Below are positions 47,745-58,700 of a DNA stretch of 64,000 nucleotides, piece by piece. The notes beneath the pieces are model-generated. The model had not been told where the DNA came from, did no database searches, and saw nothing but the letters and a program-made list of their open reading frames with translations. Position 1 is the stretch's first letter. Every line of letters begins with the position of its first letter. This DNA is from an uncultured virus (IMG/VR IMGVR_UViG_3300010885_064105) (Duplodnaviria; Heunggongvirae; Uroviricota; Caudoviricetes). The stretch is from the IMG/VR virus record IMGVR_UViG_3300010885_064105, positions 1-64,000 of that record; one strand, 5' to 3'. Position numbers and translations under genes: made by a program.

Positions 47745-50700
47745 CTAACTATGTGACTGTAAAACCCACGCACTATCTATATAAACAAAAACTCCTTTAT
47801 TTCCCTGAGATACACTAAAGCCTATAGGGTTATCAAATGCTGTAGTGTAAGTGATCTGGCCACTACTAAATACTTGATATAATTGTACAGTAGTTCCTCC
47901 CTGTATAATTCCTGATGTTATAAATGGTCTATTATAAATAGGTTGATAAAAACCACTATCACTATCATATTTACAATAAATTTGAGCTCCTCTTGGGGCG
48001 GGATTAATTTGCAATTCATCTTTTACAAAAACTAATTTTCTAAGACCACTAGGCAAAGGGTTATTATTTAGATCACTTATTATTTCTCCTCTAGACGGTT
48101 GTTTATTTACTAAATCATTTTCTATTTTAATCCATACATTTTTATAATTAGCTCCAACAGTCCATACTTTGGCCTTAGCATCCCATCTAAGATCTATTGG
48201 ACCAACAGGCCAAGTTCCTGGCATTTGACCCCAACCTTTAAAAAATTTATGTTCTCTATAAGGTTTCGTCCAAGAGCCATCAACATTTTGTGTTTGGTTT
48301 TTATACAGGGGCTTGTTGTCTGAGTCTTTTTTAATAGCTCCATTACTATCTAGTAAAAATTCTCCAGAAGCATTCGGTACAGGATATCCTTCGGTATCAT
48401 AACCCCAACCATGAACCATTACTGGCCCCCGTAAGCCAAAAAATCTCATATTATTAGCCGGTAAATTCTCGGTATTAGAATAACCAGCTACTGCAGTATA
48501 GCTTGGTTTTGTTATACCTCGTTGAGAGCAGTAATTATTATAATTATAGTCTATAGGATTATAAAAATGATTAATATTAGCACTATAGGATAGTTTTAAA
48601 CTGTCATCACCAAATGGAGGAGCTATTCCATTTGATACCATATCTATACAATGAGGAACAGTATCCCCGCTTTGTCTATTTTGTTCACAACCAAATTCTC
48701 CACTCATTAATAAAACTGGATTTAGTGTTGAATAATTGATAATAGGATTACCACTAATTCCGCTCAAAGCAGACATACTATTTCTAGAAATAATTTCCAG
48801 ATCATTACCACTCGCTATAACAAATGGAGGAGTAGTTTCTTTTGGAGAGGCCCCAATATATTTATTTTTAGTTTTTTCATCGTCTAGTTCACAAAATCCA
48901 CAAGCTACGCTTGATACAACTTCAATGCTATTAGTTACTGTGCTAAATGAGCTTGAGTTATTAATTGTTGGGTTATTTAATTTTTTATAAGAATACGTTC
49001 CTGCTCCTAAACATATAGGACATCTACTTCTAGGATATTTAGTAATATTATATGTTGATCCATAAGGACTAGGATAAAAAGAAATAGGAGATAATATACC
49101 ATCTAAGCTCATAATAGATTTTCTATCATAGTCTGTTAAAAGTTCTCTTGGAGCTTCATCAGTTTCATATAGCCCAATATCTCCTACATATCTTGGCAAA
49201 TCAACTGGATTAGTATTTGCTTGCCCATAAGGAGCCATATGCCAATCTGGACTATAGCCGGCTATTACAGCTGAAGAATCCGGATGAATATGAGTCCTGT
49301 TTGCCCCAAATAGAATTTTACCAGGACTCCATTTTAATTGTTTAGGAATATCACTACTACTAATAGTCTCCATAGTTTTTGCAAAATTAGCCTTTAATAC
49401 ATTTTGTGCTGTATTAATAGAATCATTCAAAGCTTTTTTTTGTTTAAAATTATCTAGTGCAAGCTGCTTGAACCTATCGGTGTTGTCTTTATTAAAAAAT
49501 CCTAATTTTCTAGTATATGTTCTTAGCGTATAATTAGATGTTATACCATCTTCAGCAATATTAACAACAATATTAGATATTAAAGGACCACCAGCGACCA
49601 ACACATCTCCTACCAATCCTAAACTAGTATCTATTCCTACTATCCCTAATTCTCCATTTTCATGAACTTGTTGATAAGCAGCATCATTATCTATTGTTTT
49701 ACAAACATACGAATCCAAATTCTCCATACCTCCAAAATTCCATGGAACCAATTCAGGATCTTCCTTAACATTAACAGGTCCGGCTAAGTTATTAATAGTA
49801 CCTGCTCCGTATAAACCAGCTTTTCCAGGATTGTCTATCCATGGTCCATAAGTAGCCAAATTAAATTGAATAGGAATAGCAGCAAATGCTGGACATGTTG
49901 CTTTAGGTTCTATTGGAATGTTAGGCCCACTATCATTAACACTAACTGTAGTATTTATATCATTAGAAATCCTAGCATTTCCGCACAAAAACCAAGATAA
50001 TAATGCTCCATCACGAATTTTAGTAGAGTCAAAACCAGATTTAAATGTTCTATTATATTTGCTTGCTAAAATAGCATCATGTAACATAGTAAAAACTAAG
50101 GATCTTTCACATTCATTTTTACCACCTCCTAATTTAATTGGTTGATCTATAGACATTACTACCCTAGGAGTACCATCTATATAAACTAATTGCTCCTGAG
50201 CTGATGCTGCTACATACATTTTGTAAGAATAGCCCTGTGGAATACTGTCTCCTTTTGGAGTTGTAAAACTTCCATCGTTAACAGAAGGAAAACTATATCC
50301 TTGATTTTGTACTGATGGACTAGCATATTGTATATAGGTATAATCACTTGGACTCAAGTTATGTTCTAATGGAAAATAAAAGAATTTATTTTGTTCTGCT
50401 CTTGATGTAAATTTTCTATATTCTTTTTGAATTACAGCATGCATAGCTCCCATGCCCCCAGCTGCAGATGCTTGAAGTTGAGTATCTAGCCAATCATCCT
50501 TTGTTGATTTATCTGCATTAGCATTAAAGCCTAAAATAGGTTTTATCTTTCCTACCTCATCCCTAAAAGTATCAGCTACTGTAGAACCAATAACCATAGT
50601 GTCATCAATAAATGTACCATTTTCTTCCCAAGCTCCATCTGTTGATATTTGCCAATTATAAAAATATTGACCAGACTCTGGGTCTTGATAATATAGAACT

Positions 50701-52763
50701 GATGGAGTCCTAACCATATATGATTTACCATAATATGTATCATGAACTTTTTTCATAATTTCCCAAACTTTATTTAGATCTTGATAGAAAGCTCTAACGT
50801 ATGCATTAGCATTATCAATATTTATATTTCCAGGATGATTATTAAAACTCATGGATCCGCTCTGTTTTCCTATGCTATTCCATTTAATAATCGATATTGC
50901 TTTAAAGTAAGAATTTCCACCATATGTACTACTAAAATATCCTTTCATTAGAGATTCTATATTTGTTGAGAAGAAATTATCAAAACAATAAGTAAACCAT
51001 GATTCAAAACCTGCTCCTGCTGCTCGTAATTCATTTTCAATAACTATAAATGAACTAGCATCATAATATGGATTAGATAAAACTCTAGTTATGTCATTTT
51101 TAATAAATACTATCATTAATTGATTTGTTTCTTTATCCCAGTATACTTTTCTGGCATCAGAATAAGAATAATTATTTTCTGTGCCGCTAAAATTACCAGC
51201 TCCACTATCACTATAAGTATCTCCATTCATACCAAAATAAGGACTTATAATATCATTGTATATAGCATAATTAGAATTGGAAGTTGAAGAATTTGAACTA
51301 CTATCCACTCCTTCATAATTATTCTTCCATCTTGAATAGACGCTGCCCAAATTTACAGTCGAATAAAAGTCTGTGGCTGTTGCCTGTTGTCCAACATATC
51401 CTACTCCTTCAGTCCAAGAATTAAAACGTCTTGTAAATTTACGATCTGGAACCATATATTGATTTACTGTAGCAGCTGGCAAACCCATAAAAACACCTTT
51501 ATATGGATCATATACCATTGTTGTTTGAGTTTGAGATAAATTAGTAGACAAAGCTTGATAAAGTCTTTTTTGCTTTCCTCCTATATACATTAATCTTAAT
51601 GGATTATCTGAAATTTCTTGACCGTAAGAATAGCTAGATATCTTAGAACTATTTTGATTTATTAAATTATTGATCTGAATTTTTAATGCATTCGGTGATG
51701 GTATGCTTCTTCTCGAAACAGTTTTTATTTTAATTGTTCCTGTGAAATTTCCAGATGTGCTATTAATAAAAATCACAGAATAATCACACCCGGCGCCTTC
51801 GCATAATATTCTTATAAATTCTCCAATACTTATAACGGAATTAGGGATATATAAAGTATCAGGAGGTATTGGAATATCTGATATATCAATAGAAAATAAA
51901 CTTCTTTGTATAGAATCAGCGCATGATATATCTCGACATAGTCCTTGATCCTGAAGTGAAGATGTACCAATTATTGATCCACCAAAATTAGCGACTGTTT
52001 TAGTAACTAGTCCACCATAAGGATTATATTGATTTTGAGAAGAGAATGAATTTCTTAAAAAATTATATATTTGTTTAGCTGACATTCCTCTGTCATTTTT
52101 TAATGAACTACCAAAAACAGCAGATTCATAGGAACCATAAACATTAAAGACATTTGGTATATTTCCTTGATACAAAGTTGGGGTTCCACCACCAACGGTA
52201 TCAACTATCATAGGAGACGCCCAATCACTATCAACAAAATCTGAAATAGATCCTATATAATTATTAATTATTAAATAGCTATTATTTAGTAATGTAGAGT
52301 ATCCTTGTAAAGTAACTTCATACATATCTTTTCCAGATACTGATCCTACTGTTTTCCAACTTTTGATCAATCCACCAAATTCTAAATTAGTATCATATTT
52401 AAATCTAGCTGGACATCCTATTATATCATAGTTTAGTCCTATGAAATTAGGATCAGCCTCTTCGCTTGTTGTAGAAACTGTACTATTAGTAGGCCACCTT
52501 CTTTTTTTAGCCGATACAGACATATCTGATGGTATGCTTTGAGATATAATATAACTATTTTGAGTAGGAATATCTCCATTAGATGACATTCTATTTATTA
52601 AACTAGTTTTAACGCTATCAGCTTGGTTAGCTACACTAGAACTACTTTTAGAATCATCATAAACTACTGTTATATTAGCTTGGCTATTGTCCTCCCCCCA
52701 TGCTAAATTAAAGTTAAATTTTGTTATACTACATCCTAAAAACTGTGTCTGTACTAAACTCAT
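47745..52763 (-). CDS. Large putative tail/baseplate hub-like protein
   Basis: 1672 aa; FGGLIKSW, YGPW, ELVPWNFG, CPICLGAG...CGFC, HGWGYD, GPIDLRWD; downstream of tape measure. Confidence 0.65.
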   Translation of the reverse strand: MSLVQTQFLGCSITKFNFNLAWGEDNSQANITVVYDDSKSSSSVANQADSVKTSLINRMSSNGDIPTQNSYIISQSIPSDMSVSAKKRRWPTNSTVSTTSEEADPNFIGLNYDIIGCPARFKYDTNLEFGGLIKSWKTVGSVSGKDMYEVTLQGYSTLLNNSYLIINNYIGSISDFVDSDWASPMIVDTVGGGTPTLYQGNIPNVFNVYGSYESAVFGSSLKNDRGMSAKQIYNFLRNSFSSQNQYNPYGGLVTKTVANFGGSIIGTSSLQDQGLCRDISCADSIQRSLFSIDISDIPIPPDTLYIPNSVISIGEFIRILCEGAGCDYSVIFINSTSGNFTGTIKIKTVSRRSIPSPNALKIQINNLINQNSSKISSYSYGQEISDNPLRLMYIGGKQKRLYQALSTNLSQTQTTMVYDPYKGVFMGLPAATVNQYMVPDRKFTRRFNSWTEGVGYVGQQATATDFYSTVNLGSVYSRWKNNYEGVDSSSNSSTSNSNYAIYNDIISPYFGMNGDTYSDSGAGNFSGTENNYSYSDARKVYWDKETNQLMIVFIKNDITRVLSNPYYDASSFIVIENELRAAGAGFESWFTYCFDNFFSTNIESLMKGYFSSTYGGNSYFKAISIIKWNSIGKQSGSMSFNNHPGNINIDNANAYVRAFYQDLNKVWEIMKKVHDTYYGKSYMVRTPSVLYYQDPESGQYFYNWQISTDGAWEENGTFIDDTMVIGSTVADTFRDEVGKIKPILGFNANADKSTKDDWLDTQLQASAAGGMGAMHAVIQKEYRKFTSRAEQNKFFYFPLEHNLSPSDYTYIQYASPSVQNQGYSFPSVNDGSFTTPKGDSIPQGYSYKMYVAASAQEQLVYIDGTPRVVMSIDQPIKLGGGKNECERSLVFTMLHDAILASKYNRTFKSGFDSTKIRDGALLSWFLCGNARISNDINTTVSVNDSGPNIPIEPKATCPAFAAIPIQFNLATYGPWIDNPGKAGLYGAGTINNLAGPVNVKEDPELVPWNFGGMENLDSYVCKTIDNDAAYQQVHENGELGIVGIDTSLGLVGDVLVAGGPLISNIVVNIAEDGITSNYTLRTYTRKLGFFNKDNTDRFKQLALDNFKQKKALNDSINTAQNVLKANFAKTMETISSSDIPKQLKWSPGKILFGANRTHIHPDSSAVIAGYSPDWHMAPYGQANTNPVDLPRYVGDIGLYETDEAPRELLTDYDRKSIMSLDGILSPISFYPSPYGSTYNITKYPRSRCPICLGAGTYSYKKLNNPTINNSSSFSTVTNSIEVVSSVACGFCELDDEKTKNKYIGASPKETTPPFVIASGNDLEIISRNSMSALSGISGNPIINYSTLNPVLLMSGEFGCEQNRQSGDTVPHCIDMVSNGIAPPFGDDSLKLSYSANINHFYNPIDYNYNNYCSQRGITKPSYTAVAGYSNTENLPANNMRFFGLRGPVMVHGWGYDTEGYPVPNASGEFLLDSNGAIKKDSDNKPLYKNQTQNVDGSWTKPYREHKFFKGWGQMPGTWPVGPIDLRWDAKAKVWTVGANYKNVWIKIENDLVNKQPSRGEIISDLNNNPLPSGLRKLVFVKDELQINPAPRGAQIYCKYDSDSGFYQPIYNRPFITSGIIQGGTTVQLYQVFSSGQITYTTAFDNPIGFSVSQGNKGVFVYIDSAWVLQSHS

Positions 52764-52765
52764 TA

Positions 52766-54286
52766 TTATTTTCCTTTAAAGACCCATTCATAAGTAGCAT
52801 TACATGATACAGAATTATTAGCCACATCTATCTTGGCACTACTATCCTTTAAAAAGCTTTTTATTTCTAAGTTAGGAGATGATATATTTTTTAATACATT
52901 TCCAGGATCAAGACTGGTTACTAAACTCCTAACGCTATCTTTTTTAGTTTTTAATGTATTATAATAAGTTATAGTACTTTGTACAGTAGGGTCGTTTGCA
53001 AATTTAGCATCTATAGAAATTGTTCTAGTATTAGATGCTTTTGTTCCCAAGTCTTGCAAAACCGGAGGACCATACATTACTAGTTGAGTTATGATTTTTG
53101 ACATACCAATAGAATCTTGAACATTAATATTTTCTGATATTCCATTAAAATAATTTATTGGCCTATTATTAAACGTAATATTAAATTTTACAGATCCTTC
53201 TGTTTTATTATGAGTAGTTCCACTAGACAATGGAATAGGATTTATTACGTTGGACTCATTTCTATTAAATTCAGTTTTAAATCTAAAATTATTATCATAT
53301 ACCATATTACTAGTATTTCTAGAGGTCTCAACTAACATGCTAGTAGCCATACCAGTAAAAGTATTTGATATTGCATCATATCTAGCAAGAGCATTATTAT
53401 ATTTGACAGCCGCGTCGGCAACTGCTGGAATAATAAGTCCACTAGCACCAGGGTCTGTCCAGGTTTTATTGGCGTTGGATAATCCTTTAATTTCTCCATC
53501 AATAGTAACTGTTCTAAGGGCGTCTCTGTCTAATGAGCTCTGTATATTTAATGTTTGTATATAGTTTTCACCACCACGACTAGCTACCCAAGTATCAGTA
53601 ATGATATACGAGCCCTCTGTAACGCTTTTAGATATATTTCTAACATGATTATATATGTTACTAAAATTTGTTAAAAATGAGCTAGGAGTAGAATCACTTT
53701 GAGTTATATAATTATCAACCCAATTTTTTGCATTATTTAATACATTAGGATTATTTGTTTCATATCTTCCAACTGCTCCTATGGTTCTGGTAATTTTAAA
53801 AAAGGGATAGTCTGGTAAAGAATAAAGATCGCTGGCTAGATGTTGAGTATATAATTTTGTATCAAAATTTGGCTCTGTAATATATTTAAAATTTTCATCT
53901 AATGGATCAATTGACCAATCATCCTGTATCTTACTTACCAGCCAATTTGTTGAAGTATTAAAAGCTGGATTTTCATCTGTTCTTACTCCTTCAAAACTCA
54001 TGGAATAACGAATTGTGGTACTCCAATTATCATTAGTTGGTTCTAAACTAGAACTAAGGGTTTTAACAGCATAGCTACTACTATTAATATTTAAAATGCC
54101 GGTAGCATTAGGTGTCTCTATGCCAGATATTAAACCAGTTATTCCACTACAAAATAATAAACCATTTAGATTAATTGTATGTATTTTAGAAATACCACTA
54201 CCAACAGTTAAATATTCTGTATTAATACTAACTGCTGGAGTAGGGACTAAAGATAAATTATTAAAAGATATTGTTATATTACTCAT
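52766..54286 (-). CDS. Putative tail protein, paralogue of 54279-55718
   Basis: Shared motifs PxPxVxI, ITxxxGAVG, NAKxWV, NHxR, EGSYxxxDTW, PxLQ. Confidence 0.65.
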   Translation of the reverse strand: MSNITISFNNLSLVPTPAVSINTEYLTVGSGISKIHTINLNGLLFCSGITGLISGIETPNATGILNINSSSYAVKTLSSSLEPTNDNWSTTIRYSMSFEGVRTDENPAFNTSTNWLVSKIQDDWSIDPLDENFKYITEPNFDTKLYTQHLASDLYSLPDYPFFKITRTIGAVGRYETNNPNVLNNAKNWVDNYITQSDSTPSSFLTNFSNIYNHVRNISKSVTEGSYIITDTWVASRGGENYIQTLNIQSSLDRDALRTVTIDGEIKGLSNANKTWTDPGASGLIIPAVADAAVKYNNALARYDAISNTFTGMATSMLVETSRNTSNMVYDNNFRFKTEFNRNESNVINPIPLSSGTTHNKTEGSVKFNITFNNRPINYFNGISENINVQDSIGMSKIITQLVMYGPPVLQDLGTKASNTRTISIDAKFANDPTVQSTITYYNTLKTKKDSVRSLVTSLDPGNVLKNISSPNLEIKSFLKDSSAKIDVANNSVSCNATYEWVFKGK

Positions 54287-55718
54287 TGTGAACATACTCT
54301 ATTGTCATAGATAATCTATTTTCGTTCATATTCCAAGAAAATCCGCTATTTTGTACATATAAATAATTGTCAGGAGCAAAATCTTTAATAGGTATACTAT
54401 TATAAATTGTTATTGGAAATTTAAGATTTGCTATTCCTGAAGATGGTAAAACGCATTCATAATTGACAGTAGTAGAACTATATGTTCCATTTGAGTTAAT
54501 TTCTTGTAATATTGGACCTAATTTTCGTCCTAGAACAAAAATAGAAGCATATAATTTTTTTTGTCCATAGTTAGTATCTACGGTTATATTTTCGCTGATT
54601 GCTTCTGGCACTATAGTTTTTGGTCTACTATCATAAGAAAAGCTATATGTTATCAATCCAGCAGCCGAATCAAATCCTTCTACTATAGACAGTGGTTTAG
54701 GATTTAATGTTGCTCCAGCTAAAGCGCTAGCTCTACTATTTATTTGATTTCTAACATCAATATATGTTTTTAAAGCATTAGCAAATCTCCCAGTAGTAGG
54801 AATAAAATTTGTTGAATCAGTAGCAGGTTTATCATAACCTGGAATTCCAGTATTATTTTTACTAAACAATTCTATTCCCTGAACCGACCCCTTAACATTT
54901 GCTACAATATTTTTAGATTCATCAATACTAATTTCTACTTCAAAATTTTCTATAGAATGTTTTGAAATATCTTCTAAATTATCAACAGCTAACCAAGTGT
55001 CATCAAAACCATAAGAACCCTCAAATTTATTAATATTTACTTTTCTAATATGATTAAATAACACTAAATTATTATTTATATTTATATTACCATCAAAATT
55101 TAAGTTTCCACTATTAACCCACTGCTTAGCATTTTGCAACGGAGTTGTTCCTGGATAATACTTTCCGACAGCTCCTACAGAATGAGTAATTCTATACAGA
55201 GGACCCTTAGTTCCAGCTCCTTCGGCATTTGTTTTCCAATATTCTTCTAGTGATTCTATAGTCCAAGAGTCTTTGGTACTATTAACTAAATATAAATTTC
55301 CAGAGGGCTCATTTCTTTCGCAGATTAGTTCTATGCTATATGGGATAGTATTAACCCATCTATTTTCATTTTCGTCTACAGAATATTTTTTAATATAACA
55401 ATTAGTGAATAAGCCATATGAATTAGGCAGTGTTAGATCTATAGGCGTGGAATCTCTAAATAAATTATTTAATTTTTGTCTTATGCCAGTTGCTGCTTGT
55501 AGAGCGGTGTTTAATAATGCATCTGTATACTGCTGTGTTGGATTATTATTATCATTTCCTCCAAATTGTATTCCGGAGGGATATATTTCTCCCTTCAATG
55601 TAATATTGGTTGTGCCCCCTATGGGTTTTCCTGCTCCGTCCCTTTGTATTTCATTGCTTATTGTGACCAATGGAATTGGTGTTAATTTTAAGCTAGGTCC
55701 TATTGATAATGATCCCAT
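54279..55718 (-). CDS. Putative tail protein, paralogue of 52766-54286
   Basis: AAGGA RBS; same shared motifs. Confidence 0.65.
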   Translation of the reverse strand: MGSLSIGPSLKLTPIPLVTISNEIQRDGAGKPIGGTTNITLKGEIYPSGIQFGGNDNNNPTQQYTDALLNTALQAATGIRQKLNNLFRDSTPIDLTLPNSYGLFTNCYIKKYSVDENENRWVNTIPYSIELICERNEPSGNLYLVNSTKDSWTIESLEEYWKTNAEGAGTKGPLYRITHSVGAVGKYYPGTTPLQNAKQWVNSGNLNFDGNININNNLVLFNHIRKVNINKFEGSYGFDDTWLAVDNLEDISKHSIENFEVEISIDESKNIVANVKGSVQGIELFSKNNTGIPGYDKPATDSTNFIPTTGRFANALKTYIDVRNQINSRASALAGATLNPKPLSIVEGFDSAAGLITYSFSYDSRPKTIVPEAISENITVDTNYGQKKLYASIFVLGRKLGPILQEINSNGTYSSTTVNYECVLPSSGIANLKFPITIYNSIPIKDFAPDNYLYVQNSGFSWNMNENRLSMTIEYVHNE

Positions 55719-55744
55719 TATTTGTCCTTACTAACTAATACTTA

Positions 55745-58700
55745 TTATACACTACCATATAAATTATATCCGAATGGAGATCCGTCAACTGACCCTGCCG
55801 GATGATTTAATTGGTGAATTTGTGCAGTTGCTGTCCATAGGGCTGTTTTTCCATCAACTCCTGTTGCTCGTATGCTTAATCTAGGAACATTAGTTTGACC
55901 ATCATTATCTAAATATGTTCCAACTCCCATTCCCGCAGGCATTCCAACCACACCAACTCCTGTAGCAAATATATTTATTTTTTCTTGACCAAGTTTTGTA
56001 AATATCGTTCCATCAGCTGATCTATAAATACATCCTTGAATACTCATACCAGCAGCTTGTCTATCACCCACAGCAGGATTACTGCTATTAGTTCCATTTT
56101 GCCATAATACGGACACAAAAATATTATATGTCCAAACATTATCATAATTATATCCATTCACATTAGAAAGACTTATAGTATTGTACTGATTTTCAGTAGT
56201 CACGCTGTCTTTTGCAAAATTAGTTGTTAATGCAACAATGTTTCCTCCAGAAGCAGGAGTTCGACATCTTAGATAGTGTTGAGTAAATTGTGATGATCCA
56301 TCATATAAATTAGATCCATGTAAAAAAGAACCAGCAGCAAATGCATGAGTATGGTACGTATAATTTACCTTGGACTTATAACCAAACTGCAAACCCTTTA
56401 ATGTTTTGTCATCATTAGATAACCATGAGCTTTGTGGAGCTATAATGCCTTTATTTAAGTTCCATTTGGCTCCATCCCATATTAAAGACTGACCATCGTT
56501 ATTAACTCCCAAAGAATTACCTGCTCTATCAACATTTTGTAAACCTATATCAACTCTAAAAGCATTATTTTGACCAAGTGATGTATAAGTGGTAGTAATA
56601 GGATAATTACCACTAAATTGTGTTGTTAGATCTAAAGTGCTAGGGATCACATTACCAGCATTATCTACTCTTAGATATAAGCCAGATGTTGTAATACCTG
56701 GACCTATTCTTAAACTATTAGTCCATGTTTTACCTTCAACATATAAATGAGCCTGATTAATAACACTATTAAAAGTATCTGGAATAACATTAATAGCTAC
56801 TTGGCCACTAGCGGGGCTAATATGTAACCCTCTTCTGGTATTTAGTGCTCCAGAATTAATAACTGAAAATTTATTACCTAATCCTCGATTATTAAATATT
56901 GTATCAATTTGATTATTAGAACTTAATAATATGTTATAATTTGTATCATTAGTATTAGTTGCTAATAGATCATAACTAACAATGCCAGTAGCTCCTAGGG
57001 CTAAGGTTGATTGATTATTAAACCATCTGAAAGAAGTATCTCCAGTAGCCCAAGAATTACTACTGGCATATAGTACAGAGCATGCTCTAGAAGGATAGGA
57101 CAATAGTTTACCACTAGAATTCACATAAAGGAATGTACCAGTAAGACTTATTGGCAAACTCAAACCACTAGCTAAGCTTAAATTATTAAAGACTCCAGAA
57201 TTTCCACTTACATTAAAGAAATCTATTCTATTATTACCAAGATTAGTATTAAATAATACTTTAGCAAAATCATCACCACCGCTCCCTCTGATTCTCATTG
57301 TATAAAGATTGCCACCATCATTAACAAAAATCCCTGTTGGATTTATTATTAATCCATTATTATTATCTAGATTAAAATTTAATGATTCACCATTAGGATC
57401 AAAATAAATATTAGAAATACCACTACCGACTTTATTATTAATTTTAACCATTAGGCCAGTATCTAATCCTGATAACCTTACTGGTAATTGCCATGTTCCA
57501 TAGCCATTTACATTAGAAGTTAAAACATACTGATCAGGTGAAGAAAAACCTACTCTAATTGTACTAGTGCTAGTTAATCCACTTACAGATAAATCAGCTG
57601 TTGGTCTATCGGTATTAATTCCAAATCTATTATTATTCAGATCAATATTAACGATTGAAGTATTATTATCTGTTGATTTAACAATAAAATTACTTTGAAC
57701 TTTACCAGAATTAAATACTATTAAATCATTATCTAAAATAACTTTATTTAAATTATTTGTACCAATATATAATGTATTATCTGTTATTCCGCTAATACCA
57801 TAACCAACAACAACATTTTTAACACCAGATACATTATTGTTAAAGCCAATCACTGTACCACTACTATATATATATTTATTATTTGATCCTATTATAATAT
57901 TATTACAACCATATGATGGATTAAGTTCTGGACCTCCAGCACCTCCACCAACCATGTATGGCATAATCAAGCCACTAACAACAGTATTATTTGGACTATT
58001 ATTATCATCAAAATTAGAATTAATAGAATAATAACCATTAGAAGCATCAACACCAATAGAAGTGCTAAACTGAACGACAGTAGTATTATCTATAGTGTTC
58101 TCTGTAATATTTAATATTTCTCTTATAAATGTATTGCCAGTAGAAGCTGGACTTTGGATAGAAATTAGAGCTAAATCGCCCACAGTATATTTATTAGAAA
58201 CATTTAATGACGGAATAGATATGCTGAATGAAGATAAACCATTCATCAGAAAAGGATGAGCAATAGATCCAAGAGTATTATTTCTTCCATAAATAGTATT
58301 ATTTAGTCCATATATTTTATTATTGGTACCTACTACCAACCCGCTAGTTGCTAATTGATTATAACCCAAAACTATATTACCACTACCAAAAACATCCATA
58401 CGTTTATCTGAGTTATTAAAAACAAGAGAGTCTTTACCAACGATTAATGAATTGCTCCCTGCTGCACCAATATTATCTCCAATAATGTAGTTAGAATTAC
58501 CTATACTATAGGATTTTGAAGAATGACGCAGATCATTGAATGAGCCTATTACAGTGTCGTTCGAGCCGGATACTGAGTTTTTATTTCCAACTATATTATT
58601 AGATAATCCACCATATTGAGCATTATTAATACCAGCAATAACACTGTTATTAAGAGGAATATTCATAACCTTAGCAATACCACTAATATTACCAGCAGTA

